Below the pieces are notes generated by a model. That model worked only from the letters and a program-made list of their open reading frames with translations. It was not told the origin of the DNA and searched no databases. Position numbers and translations under genes: made by a program. From Geosiphon pyriformis uo1 (Eukaryota > Fungi > Glomeromycota): a stretch of 64,000 nt of DNA. The stretch is from assembly GCA_016748015.1 (NCBI GenBank), contig JAAOMT010000727.1, positions 282,203-346,202 of the forward strand, in the 5' to 3' direction. Shown in pieces: positions 61,201 to 64,000 of this stretch (positions are counted from its first letter, which is position 1; every line of letters begins with the position of its first letter).

Positions 61201-64000
61201 AGAACTTACCTGGGAAACCAATGATCTGACATGGACCAACAACAATGAGAGCGAACTGACTTCAAGCTGGGAATAAGAAGAGGACAAAGAAAATAAAGGA
61301 AAAGGAAAAGAAAAAGAGACCAACCAAACCACCACTGCTTATACTACTTACACTATACCACAGCAATCTATCTATCATCGACCTAAGCTTATATGCATCG
61401 ATTGTGGCAAAAAATTGTTGTCAATGGGCACATGCTGTGGGGATGATGAGGAATATTCAATAGCAACTAGATTCTATTGCCACCCATGCATCCTTGAATG
61501 CTTTGGAAAACCAAAACAAATAGGAAAATAGGACAACCAGCCATGCTTAACTTGTGAAGAAACTCTATTGGATGAAGGAATATGGCATGACATTCCTGAA
61601 CGTGAAGGAATGTGCAACATATTGTGTCAATACATGATTCTGATCAGCAACTGGATTAAAAAGAGGACACCAATCGAAGCCGCTTGGCAAAGAGCAGTGT
61701 GACAATTAGACAGTTGTCCACATGACAACGATAAAATTTGGCGAATGGCACTCGCCAAAATCGAGGGAACAACATCAGAAGAGATAAAAACAATCAAAGA
61801 CAACCCCCTAGAACCTTTAGAGCTTAACTGGGATGCAGAACCCATCATAAACCTCCTGGATCCGAAACAATTCCACAAACACTACCAAGAATTAGCACTC
61901 ACAAGGAAAGAACAAGAACAACAATTAGAGCAGTTGAACATTCGACTATGTCAACACTGCCTAATTCCCTATGACTTTTAGTATTGTGATAAGTGTGACC
62001 TCATTTACAATCCACCACCATGCATGATCTACACAATCCCTGAAAAGGAAGAACCAATCAGCAGTTGTGCATCAGAATTAGAATCGCCGATCAATCACGA
62101 TTCAAACTTCGACAATGATGATGACAACAACGGTTCAAGCTCTGTTTAAAATTGCAATGACAATGACAATAATTCCAACTCAGATTCAAACTCTGATTTA
62201 AACTACGAACAATACATTGCACTACCAGATCTCTCCAAGGAACAAGAGTTGAAATGGTATAATAACAATAGAGAAGGTATTATGCCAGAATGTGCGCATG
62301 ATACTGATGCAGGGTTTGATCTGAGATACTCAGAAAAAGATGCCATCAAATTGGAACCACATTCACGCATCTGCATTGATCTGAAAATAGCACTAGAAAT
62401 ACTGGCAACAACAATGGTTTAATTAGCATCTAGGAGTAGTTTAGCGAAAAAAGAGATTAATATAAGAGGAGGAATAATTGATGCGGGATATGTAAGAAAT
62501 ATCATCGCCATGCTACAAAATAATTCAGAAAAAGCCTATATAATAGAGCCCAATGAAAAGATAGCACAGGCAATATTCCTGCCTCTGGTTAGAATAGCTC
62601 AATTAGTATCAGTGAGAAATAGGAGGGAATTAGGAATAACAGTAAGAGGGATACAAGAATTTGGATCAATGGGTAGAATAGATGTACTAGTTAATATGAC
62701 TAAGGAAGAAATTGTTGGCCAAGGAGAAATTATCTCAACCGGTCAAGTTATTTCTATCCCACCATATAGCCAGTACATGCTAGCAATAGAAAGGAAAGAA
62801 AAAGAGCAAAAACAAATTTTTGAAGCTGAAGCAAACCTTTGTGAATCAGAGAAGATTGGGTTGATCAATCTTTACATACCAGCCAAAAACTGTAGCAGCA
62901 TAAAAATTCTCATCTACAACAACACTGGCAATATCATCAACATACTAGAAGGAACCACCATTAGATATTTAATTACAGAAATAGAAAACCAACCACCAAA
63001 TCTCATTCCAGACTTTCCACAACTTTGTGGATATGTTGACATTACATCACAAACAATCTATGGACGAGACGAATGTTATTTGCTTCAACCAGAACAATTG
63101 GAACAAATGAACATGGGAAACTTGGATCTACTCCAATATATGCAGCTTAAGATGTCACTCAACCAGTTCAATAACATCTTTGCCAGCGAAAATGAGTTTG
63201 GCTGAACCGACATCATCCAGTATCAGATCAAGACTGAAGATGCAATGCCAATTAAACAAAGAGTATACAGAGTGCCACCAGCCAGCCACGAAATTATTTG
63301 TCAAGAGATAAACCGAATGCTTAACAACAGACTAATTCAGCCATCAATGAGTCCATGGTCATCACTGGTGGTACTTGTGCGTAAGAAGAATGAAAAGATC
63401 CGATTTTGTGTGGACTACAGAAAACTCAATAGTGTAACTCGTGGAAACAGCTATTCAACTCCACAGATACAGGAATTATTTGATGCTTTTGGCAGAAACA
63501 AATGGTTCTCAATGTTAGACTTAGATAGCGGTTACTGGCAAGTAGCTATGGATTCAGCTGACAAAGAAAAAATGGCATTCACCACGAGAGAAAGGAATTT
63601 TGAATTTGAAATAATGCCATTCAGTTTAACCAATGCACCAGCCACCTTTCAATGGCTAATGGAAATCGTCTATACTGGCTTATTGTAAAAATCAGTAGTT
63701 GTATACTTGAACAACACCAACGTATTCTCAAAGACATTTGATGATCATCTTCATCATCTTCAACAAGTGTTCGAAAGATTAAGAAGAGCAGGATTAAAGT
63801 TAAATGCAACAAAATGCTTCTTTGGCAAGACAGAACTAAAATTCTTAGAACACATAGTCAGCAAAGACGGCATCAAAACTGATCTAGAGAAAATAGAGAT
63901 AGTAAAGAACTTTCTAGTGCTGATCAATATGACAGAACTGAAATCATTCTTGGGATTTGCCAGCTATTATCAACATTTTATCAAAAACTTTTCCAAGATA

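Larger units (their letters stand above)
57363..64000 (+). mobile_element. Ty3/Gypsy element H (continues past the window)
   Basis: LTR 57363-58237 (TGTTACTC...TGTAACA); PBS TGGTGCTCCCTGT; gag from 58300; CCHC CHYCGKQGHIQMDC; LILDSGSAG; Cys-rich domain; dUTPase 62270-62675; RT from 63245. Confidence 0.93.

Overview
Gene-free, very AT-rich eukaryotic repeat region made almost entirely of nested, mutationally inactivated retroelements. The host is probably fungal; the TE proteins resemble, from memory and unverified, Glomeromycotina/Geosiphon-type elements. Six Ty3/Gypsy elements are present: A 4150-9068 (+, 5'-truncated), B 9069-11232 (-, partial), C 20896-30852 (+, full length), D 30870-41019 (+, full length), G 50528-57362 (-, interrupted by H) and H 57363->64000 (+). 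There are three solo LTRs (15707-16547; E 46146-47718; F 47993-48965), one RNase H-encoding LINE (~20110-49450, -) split by four LTR insertions, an ORF1-only LINE derivative (~14880-18040, -) and strongly AT-shifted LINE relics. The Gypsy group has an unusual shared architecture: LTR-PBS-[long N-extension-Gag-protease-Cys-rich domain-dUTPase-RT-RNase H]STOP-[integrase with its own start codon]STOP-[non-env ORF3]-GGAGCTCA-PPT-LTR, with 4-bp TSDs. Its otherwise unalignable LTR families share covarying RNA structures, including a 9-nt palindromic loop resembling a retroviral dimerization signal. Two 20-N gaps flank an assembly duplication at about 47 kb.
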